DNA of 64,000 nucleotides from Rhynchopus sp. YZ270_cl-10 (lineage: Eukaryota), in contig OZ037834.1 in NCBI GenBank assembly GCA_964035575.1, positions 434,001 through 498,000 of the forward strand. Direction: 5' to 3'. The notes below the pieces were generated by a model. The model had not been told where the DNA came from. It searched no databases and saw nothing but the letters and a program-made list of their open reading frames with translations. Each line of letters starts with the position of its first letter. The stretch's first letter is position 1. A program made the position numbers and the translations under genes. Shown here piece by piece: positions 1-10,545 of this stretch.

Positions 1-1188
1 CGCGTAGGTTTTTTTTGGTGAGAATCGCTGTTTTTTTTTGAGGGGATGTTATAATGGGGTATTGTAGGTGTTGACCTGGTGTTGTCAACACACAACATTG
101 CTTTAGAGCGTCTCGGTTCGATAAAAGGCAAATGTGATGCTTCTATTAGGTTCGTCTAACCCACATTTTTTTTTTTTTTTTGCATTTTTTTGTGGTGCGT
201 CTATGTGCGAGAAAGGCATATCATATTGCCAACTTTTTTTTTACGTTCATGAAGGTTCATACAACCGTGCCTGGGATAGGAGGTGCTTAGGGGCATACCC
301 CCTCGGGGAAAAATTCGAAAAACGTTGGTGATGGCATAGTTGCATGGGGGAAGGGGAGGGAGAGAGGGAGGGAGGGTTTTTTTTTAAAGGTACTACACAC
401 TAAATACGCAAGAAGTACGCAATGTGGGGTCGTCAGGAGCACCAAACAACTTTATTTTTTGTTCTCTCTCTCTTTCTTGCCCTTTTATTGCGGATGTGGT
501 ATTGCCAGAATAAGGCACATCTCCATCTTACAGGGTTCCTTTTTGGAGGAATGCTATCAATTCATTGAAATGTATATCGTCGAAATATTTGCAAGCACAC
601 TGTGTAGACGGGCCTTTGTATTTCAAAGCCAACCTTTGTTTGTATCCATGCTCCCCTCCATCTCTCCCGTGCCTGAAATTATAGAATTTAACTTCTATTT
701 GATCAAAAAAAAAAAAAAAATAACCCCATCTCTCCCTCTCCCTCCTCCCCGCCCACCCCGCTGTCATATGCTGCTGTTCAAGACCACCCTCCCTCCCCCC
801 ATATGTGATTTTTTTTTTTTGATAAAACAACTTGTTGTCAAATTCTAAGATTGGAGGGCAGCGCTGCGGGGCAAACAAAAAACGGATTGAAAAATAATAT
901 TTTTTATCGTGTAATTTTTGACTCGTGTACAAATCCTTCAGGAAGAACCAAAAATTATAATCTGGGAGCGTGTAATTATTACCAAGCGTGTAATTATGAA
1001 TCGTTAGCGATTTGCGACCAAAAATGTCAGCCGTGTAATTATGGGTAATAATTACACGCTCAAACCCACTTTTGTTTCTCCCTCCACACACTCTTCAAAT
1101 CATCACCATCAGGTTTTTACAAACTTCTATTTTCTCTCTCTCCCCTCTTTTCTCAGTTTTTTTTAAAAAAGCAAACCAAATACACACA

Positions 1189-1449
1189 ATGGGCGGCCAC
1201 AGTTCTAAGAACTCGAAGAAGTGCTCGGATGTCAACTCCAATGAGTCCGTAGAGTACAAGGGTGCAGCGCTTGCGAAAGGGTCCTCTAACAGCCCCAGGT
1301 CAAAGTACGTGAGCCCTGTCATGAGCGGTCCGGGGAAAGAGGTTGACAACCAGGCCTCAAACGACTTCCCTCCAATGATGATGTACCAATCACCGAGCGA
1401 TAAGAAGAACAGATACCGCGTTGTGATGGTAGGTGGGCAAGACAACTGA
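1189..1449 (+). CDS. Small hypothetical protein (86 aa) with an N-myristoylation-type start (MGGHSS)
   Basis: ATG at 1189 follows a pyrimidine tract ending in CAG (1154-1156). The ORF is a GC-richer island without homopolymer runs. MGxxxS consensus is followed by basic residues. No family recognised. Confidence 0.5.
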   Translation: MGGHSSKNSKKCSDVNSNESVEYKGAALAKGSSNSPRSKYVSPVMSGPGKEVDNQASNDFPPMMMYQSPSDKKNRYRVVMVGGQDN

Positions 1450-2677
1450 TGCCAAGAGAAAAAAAAAATTCTGTAGTACATAGGCTTCGGCCGACATTGA
1501 GTACAGATCGTTATACCAGTAGGTATAACGTGATTGTCGATGCAACAAAAATCCCCCCCTTCCCCAGATGAGGACGATGTCGATACCTTCTAAAAGGCTT
1601 TTGATATATGGTGTGAAAGTGATGGTCGGCAGAACAATGACAGTGAAGACTGTCTGAAATGCTTGGCTAAACCAAACAGATTATTTTTCAAAAAAAAAAA
1701 GAATAATGGTTTTGGTTCTTATACAAATGTTAATTACCTAAACGAAATAATCAAAAAAAAAAAAAAAAAAAAGAAATAAAAAGTGTCTGGATGACGTTAT
1801 CCGGGTCACACTGAAACAGATTTATCAAAAAAAAAGAGAAAAAAAAACGAAAAAATAGTACCAATACCTTGGCTATCTAACAAAAAATAATGTCAGATCC
1901 CTCATATTTTATTTTGGTGACTGAGGTTCAGTGAAGATTGTAGACTCATCACCCCAAACCACCCCCTTTTCCCTCTTTTTCTTTTTTCTCTCGCCCCTTA
2001 TCTGCTGGTTTCAATATGGACCCCGCGGCTCTCAAATAATTTTTTTTTTCTTTTGTTGTGTTTTTCTTTTTTTGTTTCTTTTTATTGAAGACAGGCTGTG
2101 GAAGCAATGCTTATACCACTGTTACCCTTTCTTCATGTAAGATATGTGTCCACGTCAAGTGTTGTACACTCATCTTTCAGTTTTTTTTTTCTCTCTTTTT
2201 CCCAAGCAACTCCATGCACCCCTCCCATCCCAAAAAAAAAACAAATCTTCATTTTTTTTCAACGAGTGCAAAAAAAAAAAAAAATTACAGTTGTTCCTAA
2301 ATTGCCTATTCTTTCATGGATTTTTCAAAAAAAAGTATGTGTCATGTAACCTGTTTATTTTGCATGCTTGAAAAATTCTCGAAAAAATTTCCAATATTTA
2401 GGAGTAAGCCTGACAGTGAAGACTGTCTATATGCTACACTAATCCAACGATCAAAAAAAAAAAAGGGGGAAAATCTTACAAACCACCTGATTTTGTCTGA
2501 AAATTTGATGGACTTTAGTGGTATTAAAAACCATTTTTAGCACCCACCAAAACTCCACCAAAATTTCAGGCAAAGTCAGGTGGGCAAAAACGTATCGATT
2601 TTTTCTATAATAAAACATCACTCTATCTCTCATTCCCTTTTCCCCACCCCCTTGAGACCGAAATAGAAAATACAAAG

Positions 2678-4819
2678 ATGTTCCAAAGAGACTGCGTGAA
2701 CCCTTATTGTGACCGGAGAAGATGCCGAGAAAAGGTCGTCACGCGGATCCCTCTCAATATCATTGTGGCCCTTAAAAAATACTCCTACACCCAAGATAAT
2801 AAGGCCATTAAGAAAACGCTTAAATGTCATATCCCTCGCAGCGTAATCTTAAACGGTCACACATATTTCCTCGAAACTGCGGGAATCCACCAAGGTCCGT
2901 CGGCAACAACTGGTCATTATAGGTGTATACGCTTCCGCGGTCCTACAGGATTCAACACGCTGTTGGATGACCAATACCAGTATGCAATCAATGAGCGTTG
3001 CACGACAGAGCTTCTACAAAAAGAAGGGTACTTACTGGTGTTTAGGAGAGAGAAACCCAAGATCAATGGAACGCACCCTCCGACGCCAAACAGTGTACCC
3101 AATACCCCATACGGTAGCGAAAAGGAACCACGAGGTCCAACAGACCCCATTCCAAGCGCACAAGAGACCAAAACGTTCATAGCGAAGCCACCATCCACAG
3201 TAACCCATAAACAACAGGCAGCACCTAAAGTGGTAACTTACTGTGCGTCTCCGGTCAAACAGGCACCTCCCCCTTCTGTTACACCGGTTGCGAAACAGAG
3301 GGGTGCCCCCCCGTCAGTTGCCTTTGGATGCGGACAACAAAACGCCACTCCTTCCACAAAAGGAAAAAGCATGGACTTGGATGAAAATGTGTGGACAAAA
3401 AGTACTCTCAGGGAGAAACAAACCCCTATGAGACAAACAAGACCACCCGCAACGCCAATGACCGAAAGACATGTTGCTACCCCGGATATCAACATGAACC
3501 TCTTTACGTCGCCATACAATGAACAGAGACCAGGGGCACCTACCCCAATGAGAACAGGGAACCCTGAACTGCCCCAATATGGCACATCAACGTCTTTCAC
3601 GCCTACAAAGCAACCGGTGCAACAGGAAGCATGGAGTACAACAGAGACAATGCCTCCACCACCCATGCCTCCCCCAACAAAGGCACAAACGCCCAGGGTG
3701 CAGCCAAACGGCACAATGGAAGACGAAGCCCCTCCAACAAAGGGTTATGCAACACGTCCTCCTCCGCCAACAACGGCACATACACCTAGGATGCAACAAA
3801 GCGGCACAATGGAAGACGAAGCACCTCCAACGAGGGTCTATGCACCGCGTCCTCCTCCACCACCGCCACCTCCAACGGTGCCTCCTGAGGAGAGACAAGC
3901 AAGGACCACCGACGTTTTTTTCACATGTAAAAATGAAACTATTAAGAAAAAAGCATATCGATGGGACGAAATAGCATCCCCCGAAGGTGGAAGAAAGCGC
4001 AAAACTAGAGAGAACAAATGGACGCATGTCCCACCGAAGGGCACAAAGGCAAAAACACCCCAGCGGAAACATACGGCTTTAGTCGAACAGAACCAAAAGG
4101 GTACTAACAAGGCAGACCAAAAAGGAACGAAAAGGAAAACCAGGGCAACGGAAACTCCGAGCAAAAGCTCTGACCTCTTCAAATCACGTAGAGTGGACGC
4201 TGAGAAGCCCTCTGACCTCTCTAAAAGCCCTCAAACGACACAGGAGTCTCCAACGAAGGGTACAGCCTTACAGGAACCCGAAGAAGCTTATGAGTCGCAG
4301 AATCCATACACAAAACTTGCACGCAAAAAAAATAAAAGGAAGGAACACGACTCCGTACGGGCTTCACCTGGACATCTCCTCAAAAAGGCTAAAAAACAAG
4401 AGGCCACTGAGGAGCAAAGGACCAAGCAAAAAATCCAGGCCGAAACAAGGCCTACACCAAACAAGATACCGGAGAAAACTGGTCCAATAATGTGTCAGGG
4501 ATGTGAAAGATACTCCACAATTGGGGATGACACAATATTCACGGAGGAACTCTTAAAGAAGCATCAACGACGGTGTAAGGGATGGCGGGAGATGATGAAG
4601 TCTCCTGAAGTTTCGGAAGCATCCGGAGACGAAGCCATTTTCGAGGACTCCGAATCACAATCTGATTCCGAGCCTTCACTGGACTCCTGTGAAACTGACT
4701 TGACACGATTAACGTGCTCACTCTGTGGCAAAGGAACAACTAAAAAAGGACAGGCCTTTACCCCTTCTTCCTTAAAAAACCACAAAAGGCACTGCAAACT
4801 TTGGTCTGATGCAATATAA
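2678..4819 (+). CDS. 5'-truncated ORF: C-terminal half of a USP (peptidase C19) deubiquitinase domain, Pro/Thr/Lys-rich linker, two C2HC zinc fingers
   Basis: USP motifs: P-x-x-IIVALKK, His box YFLETAGIHQGPSATTGHY, LLDD, GYLLVFRR. No Cys box. Zinc fingers CQGC...HQRRC and CSLC...HKRHC. Internal ~93-bp duplication (GTMEDEAPPT twice). Confidence 0.75.
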   Translation: MFQRDCVNPYCDRRRCREKVVTRIPLNIIVALKKYSYTQDNKAIKKTLKCHIPRSVILNGHTYFLETAGIHQGPSATTGHYRCIRFRGPTGFNTLLDDQYQYAINERCTTELLQKEGYLLVFRREKPKINGTHPPTPNSVPNTPYGSEKEPRGPTDPIPSAQETKTFIAKPPSTVTHKQQAAPKVVTYCASPVKQAPPPSVTPVAKQRGAPPSVAFGCGQQNATPSTKGKSMDLDENVWTKSTLREKQTPMRQTRPPATPMTERHVATPDINMNLFTSPYNEQRPGAPTPMRTGNPELPQYGTSTSFTPTKQPVQQEAWSTTETMPPPPMPPPTKAQTPRVQPNGTMEDEAPPTKGYATRPPPPTTAHTPRMQQSGTMEDEAPPTRVYAPRPPPPPPPPTVPPEERQARTTDVFFTCKNETIKKKAYRWDEIASPEGGRKRKTRENKWTHVPPKGTKAKTPQRKHTALVEQNQKGTNKADQKGTKRKTRATETPSKSSDLFKSRRVDAEKPSDLSKSPQTTQESPTKGTALQEPEEAYESQNPYTKLARKKNKRKEHDSVRASPGHLLKKAKKQEATEEQRTKQKIQAETRPTPNKIPEKTGPIMCQGCERYSTIGDDTIFTEELLKKHQRRCKGWREMMKSPEVSEASGDEAIFEDSESQSDSEPSLDSCETDLTRLTCSLCGKGTTKKGQAFTPSSLKNHKRHCKLWSDAI

Positions 4820-5030
4820 CCTTTCATTCGTCTCAACAGAGTACGAACAAAGGGCCCTAGGTGAGGCGGGCGACGATCACCTGACAATCAAATATCTCCT
4901 CTTCTCTTTTTCTTTTATTGTGTGTACCCTACAAAACTTTATGGATAATGGCTGTTGCTCCATTTTTCCTTTTTTCTTTTTTTCTCCTTTTTTTTTTTTG
5001 AAAGCATGAAAAGAACTAATATGAACCTCT

Positions 5031-5121
5031 TCCTCTCTGATGACTGAGGAGGGTCTTCGGACCCTGGCCGCGTGAGGTTCTTAGTTTTTCGCAGGTCAGA
5101 GGATTAGCGGCCGAAACCTGC
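5031..5121 (+). ncRNA. Hammerhead-ribozyme-like motif with permuted strand order
   Basis: CTGATGA 5037-5043, GAAA 5113-5116, GTC 5095-5097. Stem I TCCTCT(5031-36)/AGAGGA(5098-5103). Stem II GGCCGC(5066-71)/GCGGCC(5107-12). Stem III GCAGGT(5091-96)/ACCTGC(5116-21). A cUUCGg hairpin is inserted at 5050-5065. Confidence 0.6.
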
Positions 5122-7810
5122 AAAACACACAAACATTTACAGACAGCACAAGGCATGGATTAAATCGTCATCTCAAAAAGTAACGTACCTTGTCTTAACG
5201 ACCCTTGGTCATGCTGCAAAAGTAAACAAACAAATAAGCAAAAAAGTACAAAATAAAGTAGCAAAAGCAAAAACAAAACAAAACAAAACAAACTTTCAAA
5301 CCCCCTTGAGACACCCCAACTCTGGTTGTAGGTTTTTCAAAAAAAAAAATGCAATTTTTATTTTTAGATTTTGTGTGTTGATACAGCTGGACACACTGTT
5401 TATCTCGACACTTCCCCTCCGGCAAGGGCTTGATCTTTCCCAGCAAGCTAACCATCTGCCCGAGTTTTTTTCTTTTTTTTTTCTTTTATTTTTTTTGTAC
5501 CTACAAAAAAGCGTAGGCTTAAAAGGAGAAATAGGTCCTCAGATACGGTCGCCAAATCACCCCCCTCCAAGCAATCAGCGAAAAAAATCATTTCCCCCCC
5601 CCCCCCCCCTTTTTGCTTACCTATCAGAGTTACTATTTTTTTTTAAAGTAGTGAGAGGGCAAACCACACTTCGGTGGGTTGTTGCACTCAAGTATACGAA
5701 AAAACCACCCAAATGCCAATGTGTGTGCGCTGCTGGTACTGCACCAATGTTAGCGATGACTGCCCTAAACCAATCGGACCAGATCCCCTACCACCCGTGA
5801 CGAGAACCAACAGCTAATGCGCTCACAGGCATTTTTTTTTCTTCCTTTTCAACAGAAGATTAATTTTATACCACCCTGCGCGACTTTCTTTTATTTTGAA
5901 AAACACGAAAAAAGATTCCTGAAGACCAATTGGTCATGGATCCAAAACACAAAAGCAACAACAAAACAAAAAAGCAAATAGTACATTTTTAAAGACCACC
6001 AAAACAAAAAGAGCACAAAGCAAAAACAACAACTTTCTGACAAACACCCTGCGCGACTTCCCTCTTTTTTTTTTCTCTCTCTCCTTCGGTGACTAAGCAT
6101 GAGAAGCTTAGACATCATTTTCAACTTTTTTTTTTATTACTCCTCCCCTAGTCAACACCCTCGGGCGAGACGCATATTGTTGTACAGACGAAAGCCTTTC
6201 TCAGAGTGGGTGATTGTCTGTACACAATGACCGAATCAAGTTTTTTCCCAAAAAAAAAAAAAAAAAAAAAAAAAAAGTGGAGAAATGACACAGATGGTCG
6301 AAGCGAGGATTTATTGAAATACACAACTTTTTTTTGGAGAGATTTTTGCACAAAAACTGTGGCAACACAAAACCGAGGCAACTACGCTACTCCAATAATT
6401 TATCAAAAAAGGGGGGGGGGGGGGGGGGAAAGAACAAATCAAAATGCTTCGTCAAACGTTGAGTACAGCCCGAGATAGTCACTAAAGTGGATATTGTGGG
6501 CGATTGTCGATATAATAGCAAAAAAAAACAAACACATACACTGGGCTCTGAAACCAGATTGAGTACAGTGCATTAACCCACTTCCAAAAAAAAAAACAGG
6601 TTTCTTCTGGTGGACTGTGTCGATCCAAAGGAAAAAGAATGAGGAAAAGGGAAGCTGTCCCCCCTGCCCCGTCGCAGTGTGGAACCCCGCTAAGTAGCAC
6701 AACAACAAAACTAAGCAAGAGGCAGTACCAGTGGCGCGGCTACCAATAACTACCGCGTAGTCAGCGTCACGCCTACCATGGTAGGTTACAGTGAAAAAAA
6801 AAAAAAAAAAAAAAAAAAAGAATAGTGGAGTGCATCCTCGGGTGTTTATCTACTACAACCAAGTTTTCAAAAAAAAAAAAAAAAAAAGGGAACAAAAACA
6901 GAAACCTCAAATTACCAGATACCCCGTTCTTGGCGTGTCATCATTTATTTCAAGTTTTATCTTTTTCTTCGATTCTTTATTATTTTTATTTTTGTTGTGG
7001 GTTTTTTTTAAGTCTACTCCCTAAGTGCAAGAGACTTACTTAGGCCCATATTCCCAAACACTTCTCCTCCATCACCCCTTTTTGTCATTGTCATTTTTTT
7101 TTCTTTTCTTTTCAAGGTGCCCAAGCACACGAGAGGCTTAGGTTCATCTCATAAAATTTTCTTTACTTTTTAAAAGATGGTTTTTTTTTTTACTCTCCCC
7201 TTCCCTGCAAAAATAGCAACTCTCATTGAAAAACTGGTAACACTTTTGTTGTCTATACCATTAAAAAGTTTTAAAGATGGTAGGTTACAGTGGGGGGGGA
7301 CAAGATGTGTGTGCACACAGAGAGGCTCTTCCATCTTTCATAAGTTTTCATGTTTTTGATTTTTTTTTCTTATTTTTTTTTTTTGATTTTGTGCCTGCAT
7401 CCGCCGATGAACGGCGAGGTGTTTGCACTTTCAACACCCCCCCTTTTTTTCTTTGTTGCACTCCGGGGTTCGATAACCCGCGGAGTGTCAGTGCCTGCGT
7501 CCTAGAGGCGTTTTGCACTATCAACTTTCGCTTTTTTGTTGTACCGTCGTAATCTACGGAAGTTTCAACTTGTGCACGAAGCATTTTACTTTTCTTTTTT
7601 TTTACGTTTTGCAAAACATAAAAAAGAAAGTTGGGGAACATTTTTTATTGATCCCCTCCTCCTATGCTATCAATTTATTGATTTGCATATGATGAAAATA
7701 CTTGTTGTATCGTTCCTTTTTTTTTTCTGACTTCCGTACCTTCCCCAAATCTCCCTCTTTTCTCTCTCTCTCTCTCCCTCTTCTTTTTTCCTTTTTCCTT
7801 TTCGCGATAG

Positions 7811-7853
<43 letters not shown>

Positions 7854-8078
7854 AAAAACAAAACGAATTCAAGTGTCGGGGGAAGTACACTTACCTTATC
7901 AAGAAAGAGAGTCCACCCAGTCCGCTCTTCCCACAGCCGTCTCTTCTTCTCAATAGAAAGAAGGCCTGGGTTCATTCTTTTATGTGTCTGTTCTACTTCC
8001 CCCCCCACTTTGACATTTGTCAATAAAATAGTGGGAGCACATTCTTGGGTGTCAACACTAAACTGCAATATCCATAGA

Positions 8079-8543
8079 TATAGAATGCGCATCATGCGCA
8101 AATTGTGTAAAAAAACATGCGCGTATATTTTGTGTTTTTTTTGATGCGCATGATTTTTGTGTTTTTTTATTCATGCGCATACAAAAAAACAAAACAACAT
8201 GCGCATATTTTTTTGTGTTTTTCTTGATGCGCATGTTTTGTGTTTTTTTTATGTCATGCGCATACAAAAAAACAAAAGTGGATGCGCATATTTTTTTGTG
8301 TTTTTCTTCATGCGCATGTCTTTTTGTGTTTTTTTGTGTTTTTTTGGTATGCGCATCACACATATGTGTGATGCGCATACCAAAAAAACACAAAAAGACA
8401 TGCGCATGAAGAAAAACACAAAAAAATATGCGCATCCACTTTTGTTTTTTTGTATGCGCATGACATAAAAAAACACACAAAAAACATGCGCATAACACAA
8501 TTATGCGCATTACGCGCATCATGCGCATGATGCGCATTCTCTA
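8079..8543. mobile_element. Foldback/MITE built from ATGCGCAT palindromes
   Basis: Terminal inverted repeat (T)AGAATGCGCATCATGCGCA. Near-perfect ~230-bp internal palindrome centred at 8363/8364. No clear TSD. Confidence 0.7.
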
Positions 8544-8596
8544 GCTATGAATATCGAGATTTCATTTTTTTATTTTATTGTGATGAAAGATGACTA

Positions 8597-9132
8597 CTGG
8601 GGGGGGGGGCTAATAAAGTATACGGTGCTAATAAAGTATACGGGGGTAATAAAGTATACGGTGCGGAAACCCATTTTGAGCGTGTAAATCTGTGAAATAA
8701 AGTATACGGTTTTTGTGTACATTTTTCTTACTAAAAAAAATTTACAGCAATTTTTGCACAAAAAATCGGATTTTTTTTTTTTTGATTTCGGTGGTCCGGA
8801 TTCTGTGCGTGCTGTGATGGGGTCACTTTGAGCTGAGAAACGAGTATTTTTGACCTAAAACGCGTGTATCAGTTTTTACACGATTGGTGCTGATGGGGTT
8901 CAGATTTGTGAAAATTTAAGTCACCAAAAAATTGTTCATTTTTCCACATTGACCCCACCACTGGCTGGGATTGGCCCAAAAATGTCAATGGTGGTGTTTT
9001 CGCGAGGTTTCGGCCACTAGAAACCCCAAAATAACAGTGATTTTTTTTTTTTTTCCTTTTTCGTTTTTTGGCCATTTAAGCAGTAATTCCCGCCGAATAA
9101 AGTATACGTATACTTTAATAGCTCCCCCCCAG
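8597..9132. mobile_element. Tc1/mariner-type MITE with TA TSD
   Basis: TIR CTGGGGGGG..CTA.TAAAGTATACG at both ends, TA duplicated. It splits the micro-repeat GACTAAGCACAGAGAGGCTTAGGGTCATC, whose empty version is at ~14595. Confidence 0.75.
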
Positions 9133-10399
9133 TAAGCACAGAGAGGCTTAGGGTCATCTTTGTAAACTTTTCTTGTTCTTTTTAAAGAAAGGGTACATTT
9201 TTTGCACCCTCTTTGCATTCTTTTTGTTTCGCTAAGAAAAGAATGTATATGAATTAATTGTTCTTTTCATTCTTTTTCTGCCACCTCATGAAGGAGGAAA
9301 TAGAAAACATTTTTAAAAATAGGATGGGGCACCCCGTTCCGAAGAGGAATGCAGCCACCCCCTACCCCCTGGCTTCAGGCTTGCGAACCCAGTATTGATG
9401 TAACACAGGGTTTCACGGGGCTAAAAAAAATACAGTGGTGAAATGCACCAACTGTGGTAACACAAACCGAGGCAACTACAACTACCTCCAACAATTTATC
9501 AAAAAAAAAAAACCCCCCCAGAAAGGGTGTGTTGTACTGTACCTCTCTTCTGACAACGTTTTCTTTAGGTGATTCAAAGGACAAAACCCACTCTCGAGGG
9601 GGCGACTGTCGAAACAATAACAAAAATTATACAATTTTTTTTGGCCTAAAGAAATTTTTCTTTTTTTTTTAACCAATGTGGTGTGATTTTACCCCCCCAA
9701 AAAAGGTAACCCGAAGGTGCTAAATAGCGGGAAGGTCAAGAACACCAAAACCAAGGTAATAAAAAGGAAAGTCAAAAAGTTAAGAACCCCAACCCCATAA
9801 AGACAGCCCTCACCCCATCCCATGTCTGTGCTCTGCACCGGTCCACTCGATCCCGCCATTTCCCATTTTATTTATGTTTTCTTTTTGGGGGCAGTGCACT
9901 GCGCCCATCGGTGCCTGATGAGGCGTTTTGCACCTTCCTCTCAACTTTTCTTTTCTTAAAAGTATCCTTTGTTTTAAAAATAGTGTGTACTGTGAATCAT
10001 AGGCTTTCCTCATATTCTTTGTTTTCCTTTGGGACAACAAAGCCAGGGGGAGGGCAATTTGCTTCGAACTAACCCCCAAGCCACTACAGAAATTAATCAA
10101 TTATTGTAGTATCGTTGGGGTAATTTTAGTAGGTACATGCCATGTTCCCTAAAAAGGAATGGTTTAAAAAAAAAAAAAAAACAGTGGAGATTGCACAACT
10201 GTGGCAACACAACCGTATGCACAGTCTCTGCGCATATTCATCGTGCACTATTTTTCCTCTTTTCCCCCACCTCCCCTTCAGCTGACTAAGTTTCAGTCCC
10301 ACTTAGACATTTATCCCCTCAATCATTTTTTTCCTCCACTGTACCATACCGAAGCAGGTGCAGTTTTTTTTTTTTTTTTTGATACACACAATACTTTGT

Positions 10400-10545
10400 G
10401 AGCGGTAAGTGTCACGTCGGTTCACTCACCCCAACCGTGCTACGCAATACCACCACGACAGATGAGATATAGTGTGTGTGGAAAAGCGTCAACGCATCAA
10501 ATAACTACAAGAAGGGGGGAGGTGAGGAAAAGACACGTGATACTT
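10400..10545. mobile_element. ~150-bp MITE-like repeat (second copy ~16045-16195)
   Basis: Two diverged copies in the window with imperfect TIR AAGTGTCACGTC / GACA(C/A)GTGA(T/C)ACTT. Confidence 0.55.

Larger units (their letters stand above)
2659..5299 (+). mobile_element. 5'-truncated retrotransposed element (non-LTR or Penelope-like) or retrocopy
   Basis: 13-bp direct repeat ACCCCCTTGAGAC at 2646-2658 and 5300-5312. A-rich/(CAAAA)n tail at ~5215-5295. Long ORF starts in the middle of a domain at the 5' junction. Hammerhead-like motif in the 3' UTR. Confidence 0.7.

Noticed and set aside
8058..8537. Near-identical short ORFs on both strands
   Set aside because: A consequence of the palindrome, not protein-coding.
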